Positions 26,365 to 37,105 are shown, counted from the stretch's first letter. The stretch is 64,000 bases of DNA from Alphaproteobacteria bacterium (GCA_017534945.1 JAFXVB010000026.1:1034-65033); one strand, 5' to 3'. Program-made: numbers and translations. Notes: generated from the sequence alone by a model not told the origin.

Positions 26365-26400
26365 TGTATCATAAAAAAGGCGAAAATTAAAGTGCCATTA

Positions 26401-27105
26401 CTATTTTATTTTTCTAATTACGGCCAAAACAAAATCAGCAGACACCATACCAATAAATGCCCCAAAAATAACATCAGTTGGCCAATGTGCGCCAATTGCA
26501 ACACGCGATATTGCAATCATAAAGGCCAAAGTCCATGTCATCCATTTGAACCGCGGCATCAACATTCCCAACATAACAAGTCCCGCAAACGACAATGCCG
26601 TATGCCCCGATGGCATAGAATTAAACGCCCACTCATACGTCCATGGGAAAAACCCAACAATACCAAAAGTATCAAAAAACACAGGACGCGCACGACCAAA
26701 CACAAACTTCAAAATTTCTACAATAACACCCGACAAACACAAAGAACAAAAAACCAAAAAAGCATTACTGTTTTTCAATTTTGCATATGCATCTTTGAAC
26801 AAAAATCGCACATTAAACCAATGCATATGTGTTGTTGGGTCATTTCGTAAATCATAAGTTTTTTTCAAATACATAAATATAGTTGCCAAACCAAAAACAA
26901 CCACCCACACCTTTGCATCAAAAATATGTGCGAACCAATGCCACACACGACAATCATATTGTTGCATCCATACATACAACGGTATATCAAATCGCATAAC
27001 ACCAAAAATAATCAACGCCACCACAAATACAGTTGCAACAATTAATAATGGCCATTTAATTTTATTTTGTTTTGAAATAAACATGATATTTTCCTTATTC
27101 TGCAA
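26401..27105 (-). CDS. PAP2 family phosphatase (membrane lipid phosphatase)
   Basis: All three PAP2 motifs are present: KFVFGRARP, PSGHT and SRVAIGAHWPTD. The protein is multi-TM. Confidence 0.85.
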   Translation of the reverse strand: MQNKENIMFISKQNKIKWPLLIVATVFVVALIIFGVMRFDIPLYVWMQQYDCRVWHWFAHIFDAKVWVVVFGLATIFMYLKKTYDLRNDPTTHMHWFNVRFLFKDAYAKLKNSNAFLVFCSLCLSGVIVEILKFVFGRARPVFFDTFGIVGFFPWTYEWAFNSMPSGHTALSFAGLVMLGMLMPRFKWMTWTLAFMIAISRVAIGAHWPTDVIFGAFIGMVSADFVLAVIRKIK

Positions 27106-28558
27106 TCAACCGGTTATACACAGTTTTATCTGTCAAAATTCTTGTAGCAATTGCCGCAGACATCATATCTTCATCATCGCCACTGGTAATAACCGGACAA
27201 CCACGACGCACCGCATCAACATTTACCTTTGCATCTTTGTTAAAATCTTGGATATTAAAATCATTATTTATAACATTTACAAAGAAAGCATTTTGTTGCT
27301 TGCTTGAACGAATATTCGATAAACATACAATTGGGAAAACGCCACGCGAATCCAAAGAAATTCCAGAACCAGATTTAATAGATTTGTTCAACAATTCCAA
27401 CGCCGCACCATTTGATAAATCAATACGCGTTGCGATACGCGCACTGCCTGCGGTTGGTGTTCCAACCAAAACACCACGCCCATTTTCATAAATAGCAGAC
27501 GCAACTGCTTCGGCGGTTCCGCGTGTCATATTAGACATCAACACAACCAAATTTGCATCGGTTATCGCATTTCCACCTGGCACAAATTCCATGTCTTCAC
27601 CGGCGGTCTGCGATACACGCATAACCGGTTTTGCACCCATAAATAATCCCGCCATTTTTGTTGCCGCACGCGCATCGACACCCCCGGCGGCACGCAAATC
27701 CAAAATAATACCAGAAACATTATTATATTTTAACAAAGCCTCGTTCACTATATTTGCGGCATTATCTGTCATTTCATGTACAATAATTTCCAACAAAGCC
27801 GTATCTTGCATTGGACGATATATAATATCCGCATCTGCCAAAACAATTGTGGCACGACGCAACACAACATTACGATTACCAGACGGGGTCAATAAATGCA
27901 ACTTTGCTGTTCCGCTGTTTAATCCATGTAATACAGATTCCAATTCACCATCCGCCATCGCCGCAACATCACGACCATTTATTTTATCAATCAAATCACT
28001 AATTTGAATCCCAGCCATATCCGCCGGCGAACCCTTTATCACAGATGACACACGAAAATCACCGGTTTGTTCCCGCCAACCATCAATACCCAAACTTGTC
28101 AAAATGCGATTTGGTTTTTGCGACAAAGTTTGCTTTTGAATATATTTCCCAGATTCATCAATACCCTGCATCAAAGCGGCAACCGCACGTTCATAAATTT
28201 CTTCATTTGACAACGCCGCCAAAGAATCATCGCGGTCGCGCATTTTATCAATCAAAGATTTTGTAATTTTTCCGTAATTTTCCCAATCGCCCGCCGCCGG
28301 CTTTTGAAAATTACCAACAATAGAATCACGCCACACCAAAATAATTCTATCATCTGTCGCCGCCAAATGCGCATTTGGACTTAAATGTTCCAAACTTTCA
28401 ATTACAATACCAATGTTTTTTCCACCCCATTGCACAGAATCTAACTTTTGATAAATTTCTGCAAATGTTTTAACAGTGTCATCAACATCCGTTGCGGCAT
28501 AGGCACAATTTACGGTCAATGCAAAAACCAAAGAAAAAATTAAATGCGATATTTTCAT
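27095..28558 (-). CDS. S41 (C-terminal processing) peptidase homologue with PDZ domain; catalytic Ser/Lys apparently replaced
   Basis: Has a signal peptide, a PDZ-like VSSVIKGSPADMAGIQISDLIDKINGRDV, and an S41 core (GIILDLRAAGG...VVLMSNMTRGTAEAVASAIYENGRGVLVGTPTAGSARIA). Confidence 0.75.
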   Translation of the reverse strand: MKISHLIFSLVFALTVNCAYAATDVDDTVKTFAEIYQKLDSVQWGGKNIGIVIESLEHLSPNAHLAATDDRIILVWRDSIVGNFQKPAAGDWENYGKITKSLIDKMRDRDDSLAALSNEEIYERAVAALMQGIDESGKYIQKQTLSQKPNRILTSLGIDGWREQTGDFRVSSVIKGSPADMAGIQISDLIDKINGRDVAAMADGELESVLHGLNSGTAKLHLLTPSGNRNVVLRRATIVLADADIIYRPMQDTALLEIIVHEMTDNAANIVNEALLKYNNVSGIILDLRAAGGVDARAATKMAGLFMGAKPVMRVSQTAGEDMEFVPGGNAITDANLVVLMSNMTRGTAEAVASAIYENGRGVLVGTPTAGSARIATRIDLSNGAALELLNKSIKSGSGISLDSRGVFPIVCLSNIRSSKQQNAFFVNVINNDFNIQDFNKDAKVNVDAVRRGCPVITSGDDEDMMSAAIATRILTDKTVYNRLIAE

Positions 28559-28593
28559 GTTTCCTCTCCTTTTTTTCTACATTGACCATATGT

Positions 28594-29466
28594 TTAATAT
28601 TTTGTTTCACGCAAATTAAAGTGATACAAAATAACATTAGAAATATAAATAGATGTCAAAGTTCCCATCACAACTGAAAAAGTCATTGCAATCGCGAAAT
28701 CACGCAACATCAAACCGCCAAACACATACAAACCAACCATGGCAAGTATTGTTGAAATACTGGTCATCAATGTTCTACGCAACATTTCATTAACCGACAA
28801 ATCAATCAAATCATTCATTGGCATTTTATGATATTTTTGGATATTTTCATCAATTCGGTCATAATTTACAACCTTATCATTAATAGAATACCCAATACCC
28901 ATCAAAATAACCGCGATTGCCGTTTGGTTAAATTCCAATCCTGTAATTGAAAAGAACCCAAACATCAAAACAAAGTCCAATAACAAAGACACAAATGAAC
29001 CAACCGCATAACCACCACGGTATCGAATCCAGATATAAACCGACATCAAAACAAACGAAACCAAGACGGCCAAAATACCACCACGAATCAATTCACCGCC
29101 AATTTTTGGACCAACGATTTGCACCTGGGAATATGTCACATTATCACCAAGTATGTTTTTAATTTCACCCACGCGAATATTTTGTTGTTCATCGGTTGAA
29201 CCCTTTGGCAAACCGACACGCACCAAAACCGCGCCACCGTCAACGACCTGTAATTCTGGTTTAAATTCTGCCAACGCCGAACGCATTTTATCAATCGTAT
29301 ATTCCGCATTGACTGGTTTAACCTCCATCGCGATACCACCCGAAAAGTCAATTCCATAATTCAATCCACGAAATGCCAAAGACAAAATCGACAATAAAAC
29401 CAACGCCCCAGAAATCCAATATGATAACTTGCGATATTTCATAAAGTGTAAATTCATACCAATCAC
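28594..29466 (-). CDS. secF: protein translocase subunit SecF
   Basis: 290 aa with six TM segments and GLNYGIDFSGG near the N-terminus. It follows secD. Confidence 0.9.
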   Translation of the reverse strand: MIGMNLHFMKYRKLSYWISGALVLLSILSLAFRGLNYGIDFSGGIAMEVKPVNAEYTIDKMRSALAEFKPELQVVDGGAVLVRVGLPKGSTDEQQNIRVGEIKNILGDNVTYSQVQIVGPKIGGELIRGGILAVLVSFVLMSVYIWIRYRGGYAVGSFVSLLLDFVLMFGFFSITGLEFNQTAIAVILMGIGYSINDKVVNYDRIDENIQKYHKMPMNDLIDLSVNEMLRRTLMTSISTILAMVGLYVFGGLMLRDFAIAMTFSVVMGTLTSIYISNVILYHFNLRETKY

Positions 29467-29469
29467 CTT

Positions 29470-31029
29470 TTACTTATTTTTAATATAACCAATTTTTTTA
29501 TTTTTGCCATGCATATACCAATCAATCAAGATGCGCGATAACACCAAACATGTGAACAAAGTCGTCAACACACCGATTGATAATGTCACCGCAAATCCAC
29601 GAATTGGACCCGCACCAAATTCAAACAATATCAACGAGCAAATCAAGTTCGTTAAATTTCCATCCATAACAGTTTTTACAGAACGGGTAAATCCCATATC
29701 AACCGCACGCAATGTTGGAACACCGGCACGAACTTCATCACGAATACGTTCATACGGCAAGATATTCGCGTCAACCGCCATACCCAAAGTCAACACAATA
29801 CCCGCAATACCCGGCAAAGTCAGTGTTGCCCCCAATACAGCCGACACACCAACAATCATTGCCAAATTCACAAACAAAACGATATCTGCAAACACACCGA
29901 ACAAACCGTATGTCAATATCATGAACAGCACAATGAACAAAACACCCACAGCCGAACCAATTTTCCCAGACGCAATTGTATCGGCACCCAATCCTGCACC
30001 AACAGTGCGTTCTTCGATAACCGTTAATGGCGCCGGCAAAGCACCACTACGCAACAACACAGCCAAATCTTTGGCACCCTGTAATGTGAATCCACCAGAA
30101 ATTTGTCCACGTCCACCCGGAATTGGTTCACGAATATTTGGCGCAGACAAAACTTTGCCGTCCAATACAATTGCAAATCTTTCATTTACATGTTCTGTTG
30201 TTAATTTTGCAAAACGACGCGCCCCCGATGCATCAAACACAGTGGTCACAACCGGCATATTATTTTGGTCAAAATCCGCCTGGGAATCTTTCAAAGATTC
30301 ACCGGACACTTCGACATGGGAATACACCGGCACCATTTGCCCTGGGCTTTCCATATATGGCAAAAACATTGTACCACTTGGCGCACGCCCAGATGCCATT
30401 TGTTCTGGGGTCACATTTTCATTTACCAAATGGAAAGTCATTTTTGCCGTTTGTCCAATCAATTCTTTGATACGTTCTGGATTATCAACACCCGGTAATT
30501 GGATTAAGATATATTTACCACCCTGGCTTTGAATCGATGGTTCTTTGGTTCCCAATGCATCAATACGCCGACGAACAATTTCGATACTGCGGTTCAATGC
30601 ATCGTTCACCATTTCTTGTTTTTGTTTTTCTGTGTATTCAACACGCACAATATTTCCAGACGATGAAACATCAACACCTGCACCTAACACACTTTTAAGT
30701 CTGCCTTTGGCCTTGGATATTTCATCACTATCGCGCACAGAAAGTGTTATCACGCCATCATTATTACGCAAATTTGAAAAACGAATAATACCACGATTTC
30801 TATCCACCAAAGCACCACGCACTTCGTCATACAATTGCACAGATTTGTCATGAAACATCGTATCGGTATTTACCTCTAATAACAATTGTGCGCCACCCTT
30901 TAAATCCAACCCTAAATTGATTGGCTGAATCCATGATGGAAAATATTTTGCCGCACCCGGCACCATGGTTGGCACAGCCAACAAAACACCAAACACTGCA
31001 ACAAGAACAATTGCCAGTTTTTTAAACAT
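29470..31029 (-). CDS. secD: protein translocase subunit SecD
   Basis: 519 aa with LGLDLKGGAQLLLEV, a large periplasmic domain, and a C-terminal six-TM bundle containing GIAGIVLTLGMAVDANIL. Confidence 0.9.
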   Translation of the reverse strand: MFKKLAIVLVAVFGVLLAVPTMVPGAAKYFPSWIQPINLGLDLKGGAQLLLEVNTDTMFHDKSVQLYDEVRGALVDRNRGIIRFSNLRNNDGVITLSVRDSDEISKAKGRLKSVLGAGVDVSSSGNIVRVEYTEKQKQEMVNDALNRSIEIVRRRIDALGTKEPSIQSQGGKYILIQLPGVDNPERIKELIGQTAKMTFHLVNENVTPEQMASGRAPSGTMFLPYMESPGQMVPVYSHVEVSGESLKDSQADFDQNNMPVVTTVFDASGARRFAKLTTEHVNERFAIVLDGKVLSAPNIREPIPGGRGQISGGFTLQGAKDLAVLLRSGALPAPLTVIEERTVGAGLGADTIASGKIGSAVGVLFIVLFMILTYGLFGVFADIVLFVNLAMIVGVSAVLGATLTLPGIAGIVLTLGMAVDANILPYERIRDEVRAGVPTLRAVDMGFTRSVKTVMDGNLTNLICSLILFEFGAGPIRGFAVTLSIGVLTTLFTCLVLSRILIDWYMHGKNKKIGYIKNK

Positions 31030-31051
31030 ATCCCATACCTTTTTTTATTTA

Positions 31052-31369
31052 TTATTTAGATTCCACACCCGCAACAGCGTTTTTGTTCACTTCGACCACA
31101 ACACCTTTTGCGATTTCTAATTCAATACTGGTTTCATTTATTTTTTTAATTGTTCCATAAATACCACCCGCCAAAACACGTGACCCAACCTTTAATGAAT
31201 CCAACATTTTTTGATATTCAGCCATACGTTTTTTTGTGGGACGAACCATAAAGAAATAAATAATTCCAAACACAACCGCACAGTAAACCAACATACCAAA
31301 CCAATTTCCATCGGTTGCAGTCGGCACATTATTTGCGACTGTATTTGCTGTATCTATTGTTGCTTCCAT
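31052..31369 (-). CDS. yajC: preprotein translocase subunit YajC
   Basis: 105 aa with a single TM, then RPTKKRMAEYQKMLDSLKVGSRVLAGGIYGTI, the YajC signature. It lies upstream of secDF. Confidence 0.85.
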   Translation of the reverse strand: MEATIDTANTVANNVPTATDGNWFGMLVYCAVVFGIIYFFMVRPTKKRMAEYQKMLDSLKVGSRVLAGGIYGTIKKINETSIELEIAKGVVVEVNKNAVAGVESK

Positions 31370-31457
31370 AATTTCTCCTTTTGATTACGCATGAAACATA
31401 GACAAAAAACCGCCAAAAGTAAAGAAAAAAACGCGAAAAATCCTAAAATTACAAAAT

Positions 31458-31488
31458 AAAAAAAATCCGGCATATTTTAATGCCGAAT
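31458..31488 (-). terminator. rho-independent terminator of the 31510-32028 gene
   Basis: The minus strand reads TTCGGCA-ttaaaata-TGCCGGA followed by TTTTTTTT. Confidence 0.65.
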
Positions 31489-31509
31489 AAAAACTTTAAT
31501 CAAATCAAA

Positions 31510-32028
31510 CTACCATGAACAAGTTGTCACATTATTGGTGGTTGTGCACTTTGTCACCTTTAACCAAATTTTATCACTTGTTCCAACATCATTTGAATGA
31601 TTACCCGTTGTCACATAACCGCATTGAAATCCGGCGGCACAATTACCATTTTGTGGTGTCACCAACTTATCGCGTTGCAACACAGTAATATTCGCAGTAT
31701 TCGCGGCAATTGTCGCCGTTGGCGCATGCGTTGAATCCGGTGCAGCATCAGTGGATTCCACCCCAGCTGATGTAGAAACAGATGCCAAATTACCAACCGT
31801 CACCGTTCCCGAAGGTGCCGTTCCCTGAACCGCGGTTAACTTATGTTCTTGGGGAATACGCCCTGTTCTGTATCCATATGCCGTAGTAGAAGAATCCGTC
31901 GTTCCATAATTAATATCATAAACAGATTTTTTAACAGTATTTGTTGTTGCCGCCTTAATCTCATTGGCCGCATTGGCAACCCCAACCACAAACAACATAC
32001 CAAACAAACATGCGAAAATCTTTCTCAT
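31510..32028 (-). CDS. secreted Thr-rich protein with C-terminal Cys cluster, function unknown
   Basis: 172 aa with the signal peptide MRKIFACLFGMLFVVGVANA, then NEIKAATTNT. Four Cys lie in the last 45 residues. Confidence 0.5.
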   Translation of the reverse strand: MRKIFACLFGMLFVVGVANAANEIKAATTNTVKKSVYDINYGTTDSSTTAYGYRTGRIPQEHKLTAVQGTAPSGTVTVGNLASVSTSAGVESTDAAPDSTHAPTATIAANTANITVLQRDKLVTPQNGNCAAGFQCGYVTTGNHSNDVGTSDKIWLKVTKCTTTNNVTTCSW

Positions 32029-32094
32029 TTCAACATCCTTTCCACTTTTATACCTAATGATAACATATTTTTGTTTTTATGACAAATAAAAAAA

Positions 32095-33867
32095 TCAACT
32101 TCTTTCAAAAATCACATCTAAATCTGCAATCGGTATAACTTTATACACCGGCCGTCCATGATTACATTGCCCACCACGCGTTGTATTTTCAATATCACGC
32201 AACAATGCGTTCATTTGGTTTAAATCTAATTTTTGCCCTGCCCTTAACGAGTGATGACATGCCCAATTTGCCAACTTTAAATGTAATTTTTCATTTAATT
32301 GCACAGAATGACCATTTGCACGCACTTCGTCTGCAATTTCATGCAATAAATGTGCCCAATCTAAATCCCAATCTGCCGGTTTTTCAAATATTGCAATTGC
32401 CGTATCACCAAATGCATCCAACACCACCCCAGATAATTTTAATTCGTCCACCACCGTCATAATTGCATTTACATCTTCGATACGCATATTTACAACAATT
32501 GGGGTCAACAACGGTTGCACCTTTATTGCATGTGTACGCACACGTTCGTATGTAATTCTTTCATGCGCCGCATGTTGGTCAACAATAATTAAATTATTCT
32601 CTTTTTCTGCCAAAATATATTTATCACCAATTTGACCAATTGCGCGTCCCAATGGCATATCATCAAAAACATCGACGCGTGTCGCCGGTTCTTCTTGGTT
32701 GTTTATAACAAAATCAGGACAAGACGCACGATTATCAAAAACTTTTTTATTATAATCACCCCCAGAATCACAAACGCGCATCACAGATGAATTATTAAAA
32801 TTTTTTATATCATCACAATTCCGTATTCCTGCCGACAAATTCATTTGATGTGGTACCGGGGCATCAACCATATTTTGCGACACAGAAACATGTTCGTTCA
32901 TTGTTTCTGCCAATCGTGCACGCAAAGTTTTAATAATAAAAGCCCGTACATGCGCCGGTTCTAAAAAATGCACTTCTGTTTTTGCCGGCGACACATTTAC
33001 ATCCACATTATGCGGATTTAACCCCAGAAACAATGCACACAGCGGAAATTCACGTGCATGCATAACATCCATATACGCCGCCCGCAAAGCCCCAACAATA
33101 ACTTTATCTTTTACCGGGCGTCCATTTACAAATAAAAATTGATCAACCGATGATGCGCGTCGCAAAGTTGGCTCTGATATAAATCCATGGATTGATAATT
33201 CCGTTGACCCAGAATCCGCATTTATTTCCAACATACGCCCCAATATATCATCACCCATAACGGCCGCCATACGTTCCAACAAATCCTGATTTTTTGGAAA
33301 GAACCATTTATTATTCAAAACAAAACCGACATCACGCCGCGCCATCGCCAAACGCTTTACAATTTCCAACACAGACATAACTTCGGCCCGGTCGCCACGC
33401 AAAAATTTTAATCGCGCCGGAACCTTGGCAAATAAATTTTGAACACGAATACGCGTCCCAGAATCCCAATTTGATGGCTTGATTTCGCCTGTTGTTGCAT
33501 TTAATTGCCACCCATTTGGTTCACCCGCATGATATGTATCAATTGTCACATCAGATACCGACGCGATTGACGGCAACGCTTCACCACGAAAACCCATATA
33601 TGTAATATTTGTTAAATCATCATCTGGCAATTTAGAAGTCGCATGTCGCATAATTGATTTTTCTAAATCCGCGCGATTCATTCCCCGTCCATTATCAACC
33701 ACAGTTATTGATGTACGTCCACCATCAACAACATCAACGACAATTTGATCGGCACCCGCATCCAGCGCATTTTCCATCAATTCTTTGACAACACTTGCCG
33801 GATTTTCCACCACTTCGCCTGCGGCAATTTGATTTACTAAAAAATCAGGCAAAATACGAACAGACAT
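32095..33867 (-). CDS. mutL: DNA mismatch repair protein MutL
   Basis: 590 aa with GHKL ATPase motifs (IAAGEVVENPASVVKELMENALDAG, DNGRGM, MGFRGEALPSI) and a C-terminal dimerisation domain (QCNHGRPV). Confidence 0.95.
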   Translation of the reverse strand: MSVRILPDFLVNQIAAGEVVENPASVVKELMENALDAGADQIVVDVVDGGRTSITVVDNGRGMNRADLEKSIMRHATSKLPDDDLTNITYMGFRGEALPSIASVSDVTIDTYHAGEPNGWQLNATTGEIKPSNWDSGTRIRVQNLFAKVPARLKFLRGDRAEVMSVLEIVKRLAMARRDVGFVLNNKWFFPKNQDLLERMAAVMGDDILGRMLEINADSGSTELSIHGFISEPTLRRASSVDQFLFVNGRPVKDKVIVGALRAAYMDVMHAREFPLCALFLGLNPHNVDVNVSPAKTEVHFLEPAHVRAFIIKTLRARLAETMNEHVSVSQNMVDAPVPHQMNLSAGIRNCDDIKNFNNSSVMRVCDSGGDYNKKVFDNRASCPDFVINNQEEPATRVDVFDDMPLGRAIGQIGDKYILAEKENNLIIVDQHAAHERITYERVRTHAIKVQPLLTPIVVNMRIEDVNAIMTVVDELKLSGVVLDAFGDTAIAIFEKPADWDLDWAHLLHEIADEVRANGHSVQLNEKLHLKLANWACHHSLRAGQKLDLNQMNALLRDIENTTRGGQCNHGRPVYKVIPIADLDVIFERS

Positions 33868-33873
33868 TTATGT

Positions 33874-34356
33874 TTAATCCTTGAATTTAACATCTATTAT
33901 TTCAAATTCTTTTTCACCACTGGGCAATTTAACCGTACAACAATCACCAACACAACGGCCAATCAAAGCCCGTCCAACCGGCGAAGTACATGAAATAATT
34001 TGCCGTCCATCAGATTCCACATCCGACAAAATACGACATTGCATACGATTACCATCTTCGTCTTCGGCAACAACACGCGCACCAAATACGACCCGGTTTC
34101 CAGACAAACTGTCCACATCAATTACATTTGCATTTGCGACAATACTTTCAATATATTGAATTCGTTTATCAATTTGTCTTTGTTTTTCTTTTGCCGCACT
34201 GTAATCCGCATTTTCAGACAAATCCCCCAACGAACGCGCCCATTGGACAACACGCAAAATTTCAGGTCTTTGAACCTCTTTCAAATCTTTTAATTCCTTT
34301 AACAAAGCGTCAAAACCGGCGCGCGAAATTGGCTTTTTTTCTTCCATATCTTTCAC
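33874..34356 (-). CDS. greA: transcription elongation factor GreA
   Basis: 160 aa with GDLSENADYSAAKEKQ (acidic finger tip) and a C-terminal FKBP-like domain (ISCTSPVGRALIG). Confidence 0.9.
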   Translation of the reverse strand: MKDMEEKKPISRAGFDALLKELKDLKEVQRPEILRVVQWARSLGDLSENADYSAAKEKQRQIDKRIQYIESIVANANVIDVDSLSGNRVVFGARVVAEDEDGNRMQCRILSDVESDGRQIISCTSPVGRALIGRCVGDCCTVKLPSGEKEFEIIDVKFKD

Positions 34357-34458
34357 ACTATTACATTTATTTAGCAGCCCAAATTATACACTTTCATTTT
34401 AATTTTGCAATTATCAAATGAACAAGTTATAATTCCCAGTAATACTGGTAAAAAATAA

Positions 34459-35523
34459 ATGACAATATTTAAATCGACAATTTTATCACGATTTTTATTA
34501 CGTCGCTTTTTTGGCGGCATTGGTATTATATTACTTATAATATGTGGAATTATATACGCCGTCACTTTTGTTGAAAGATTACCATCAAATCCGGATACTA
34601 TTTCTGCGATAATGGACGCATGGGTGCGGTTATTGGAATATATTCCACTGTTTTTGCCATTGGCGGTATTTATGGGAACATTATTGGCAATGTATAACCT
34701 GACCCGTTCATCCGAAGGAATTATTATTTCCAGTGCGGGCCTGTCCCCATATCAAATTGCACGTCCATTTTTATTTGGTGCGGCAATTGTTGGAATATTT
34801 GCAACAACCGTCATCAATCCATATTTTGTAAATGTCAGTTCTAAAAATTTAACCAACCATGAATTACAGTTGATTGATAACGCAATATGGATTCGTGAAG
34901 AAACCGATTCGCATTTTTTAACGATGCAGGCACAAAATATGAAAAAACAAAACACAGATTTGGTGTTTTTAAACGCAAAAATTTTTGTCCAAGATAAAGA
35001 TTTCAAATTAACAAATCGTATTGAAACAGATGCCGTCACTTTATCAGATACAGGTTTAGAATCCAAAAAGGCGCAAATTTGGGATTCACATGGAAATGTA
35101 TCCACAAAAAAATGGAACATTGAAACACAAATTACACCAAAAACAGTACTGGATAGATATCTGCAACCGAATCAAATTTCTTTTTGGGAATTACCACGAT
35201 TTATTAAAAAAATGAACGCAATCAGTGTTTCAACACGCGGCCATTCGGTTCAATTTTGGACATTACTATTTTTACCATTAACCATGATGGCAATGACAAC
35301 ACTGGGTATCGCTTTTTCACAAACGCGTCAACGCCGAAACTTTAACTTTGGATTAAAGTTCAGCCTGGGGATTGTCACATGCTTTTTAATGTATTTCATG
35401 ATAAATACATTTAACGCATTGGGGGCAACAGGTGCATTACCACCAATATTGGCCATTATCGCACCACCAATCATTATTATCGCCGGTGCCGGCGTGTTCA
35501 TAGAACATTTTGATACAATTTAA
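34459..35523 (+). CDS. LPS export ABC permease, LptF/LptG (YjgP/YjgQ) family
   Basis: 354 aa with three N-terminal and three C-terminal TM segments flanking a periplasmic beta-jellyroll-sized insert. SSEGIIISSAGLSPYQIARP matches the family motif. Confidence 0.75.
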   Translation: MTIFKSTILSRFLLRRFFGGIGIILLIICGIIYAVTFVERLPSNPDTISAIMDAWVRLLEYIPLFLPLAVFMGTLLAMYNLTRSSEGIIISSAGLSPYQIARPFLFGAAIVGIFATTVINPYFVNVSSKNLTNHELQLIDNAIWIREETDSHFLTMQAQNMKKQNTDLVFLNAKIFVQDKDFKLTNRIETDAVTLSDTGLESKKAQIWDSHGNVSTKKWNIETQITPKTVLDRYLQPNQISFWELPRFIKKMNAISVSTRGHSVQFWTLLFLPLTMMAMTTLGIAFSQTRQRRNFNFGLKFSLGIVTCFLMYFMINTFNALGATGALPPILAIIAPPIIIIAGAGVFIEHFDTI

Positions 35524-35538
35524 AAATGGGGAATACAA

Positions 35539-35667
35539 ATGCCATTAAAAAAGAAAACAAACACAAAAAAAATTCTTATTTGGTTGGGTATAATTGTCAT
35601 TATTGCATTTATGATTATGTATTTTGCCCCAATCCAAACAACGATTGAATTGGAATTATACCCATGA
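35539..35667 (+). CDS. possible 42-aa membrane peptide, translationally coupled to xerD
   Basis: My translation gives MPLKKKTNTKKILIWLGIIVIIAFMIMYFAPIQTTIELELYP. Its stop overlaps the xerD start (ATGA). Confidence 0.3.
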   Translation: MPLKKKTNTKKILIWLGIIVIIAFMIMYFAPIQTTIELELYP

Positions 35668-36533
35668 ACTATATCGATGTTTTTTTAGAAGCATTATCCG
35701 CAGAAAAAGGTCGCAGTGAAAAAACACTGAACAGTTATGCATCAGATTTATCTTTGGCGGATGCGGCATTACCAAACGGATTATTAGGTGCGACCGATGT
35801 CGATATACAAAACTACATTGCATCATTACCCGATAAAGCATCCAGTATCGCCCGCAAAGCCAGCAGTCTGCGCGGATTTTATAAATTTTTAATGTTGGAA
35901 AAAATCATAACAACCAATCCAACAAAGAACCTTGAATTGCCCAAACGCGCCCGTCCGTTGCCAAAATTGTTATCCGTTGAAGAAATAGATTTATTGATAT
36001 CGTCCGCGGGCGATATAAAAACATCTGTGCGTTTGCGCGCCATGATTGAATTATTGTATGCATCGGGATTGCGCGTTTCTGAATTATGTGAAATGCCAAT
36101 GTCTGGGATATTGGGCGACCATTTATTAATTCATGGCAAAGGTGCCAAAGAACGTATGGTTCCCATGCATGCGGGCGCAATCCACGCATTGGAAAAATGG
36201 TTAGAATTACGCGGCGATATCGATTCGAAATATGTATTCCCGGGTTCTGGGAAAACAGGTCATATAACACGCGATGGATTTTTCAAAATTTTAAAAAAAT
36301 GCGCAACACTTGCCGGTATAAATCCAAACCAAGTATCACCACATGTTTTGCGACACTCTTTCGCATCGCATTTATTGTCGCATGGCGCAAATTTGCGTGC
36401 AATTCAAACTATGTTGGGACACGAAGATATTTCAACGACACAAATTTATACCCATGTTTTACCGGAACAATTGCGTGAAACAGTGGAAAATTATCATCCA
36501 TTATCTAATAAATCAAAGGCAACAAAAAAATGA
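35664..36533 (+). CDS. xerD: site-specific tyrosine recombinase XerD
   Basis: 289 aa. The N-terminal FLEALSAEKGRSEKTLNSYASDLS resembles XerD. Catalytic residues lie in ASGLRVSEL, HVLRHSFASHLL and LGHEDISTTQIYTHV. Confidence 0.8.
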   Translation: MNYIDVFLEALSAEKGRSEKTLNSYASDLSLADAALPNGLLGATDVDIQNYIASLPDKASSIARKASSLRGFYKFLMLEKIITTNPTKNLELPKRARPLPKLLSVEEIDLLISSAGDIKTSVRLRAMIELLYASGLRVSELCEMPMSGILGDHLLIHGKGAKERMVPMHAGAIHALEKWLELRGDIDSKYVFPGSGKTGHITRDGFFKILKKCATLAGINPNQVSPHVLRHSFASHLLSHGANLRAIQTMLGHEDISTTQIYTHVLPEQLRETVENYHPLSNKSKATKK

Positions 36534-37030
36534 TAACCAAATGTGATCATCCCAGATGCACCAAAGCCGGCACATGTCGTGCGCCAAAAAATCGCGATTT
36601 GCGCGAATATTGGCATTTTTGCACTGAACACGCCGCAGAATACAATAAAAATTGGAACTATTATGCTGACATGACCCCCGAAGAGATAGAGGCCGATTGG
36701 GAACGGCAAACATTTGGCGCACCACTTAAAGAAAAAAATAAAGCCAATGCTGACGAGGCAGATTATATCAAATTCCTAAACGATTTTTTAACCGGACGCA
36801 GTCAATTTGACCGCACACCACCCCCCAGCAAATTACCCACCGGGGTCAGCGGCGCATTTCGTACATTGGGATTACCACTGACCGCAACTTGGCGCGAAGT
36901 TGGTGCAAAATACAGACAACTTGCAAAAAAACACCACCCCGATACCGCAACCGATAAATCATCAGCAACGGCTGAATTTACCAAGATAACAACCGCATAT
37001 AACACATTAAAAAAGTATTTTAATAAATAA
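36530..37030 (+). CDS. J-domain protein with N-terminal Cys/His-rich segment
   Basis: The C-terminal FRTLGLPLTATWREVGAKYRQLAKKHHPD carries the HPD J-domain motif. The N-terminus is CDHPRCTKAGTCRAP...WHFCTEHAAEYN. The start overlaps the xerD stop (ATGA). Confidence 0.7.
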   Translation: MITKCDHPRCTKAGTCRAPKNRDLREYWHFCTEHAAEYNKNWNYYADMTPEEIEADWERQTFGAPLKEKNKANADEADYIKFLNDFLTGRSQFDRTPPPSKLPTGVSGAFRTLGLPLTATWREVGAKYRQLAKKHHPDTATDKSSATAEFTKITTAYNTLKKYFNK

Positions 37031-37105
37031 ACTTATTCGGTTGCATGATGCGCCCCCTTGTGTTATGCTGAAACCACGATAAAAAAGGAAATTAAGGATA
37101 AAAAT

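Noticed and set aside
29504-30532. 342-aa plus-strand ORF
   Set aside because: It is antisense to secD. The sequence is low-complexity Pro/Thr/Asn-rich, typical of a shadow frame, and the secD motifs on the other strand are unambiguous.
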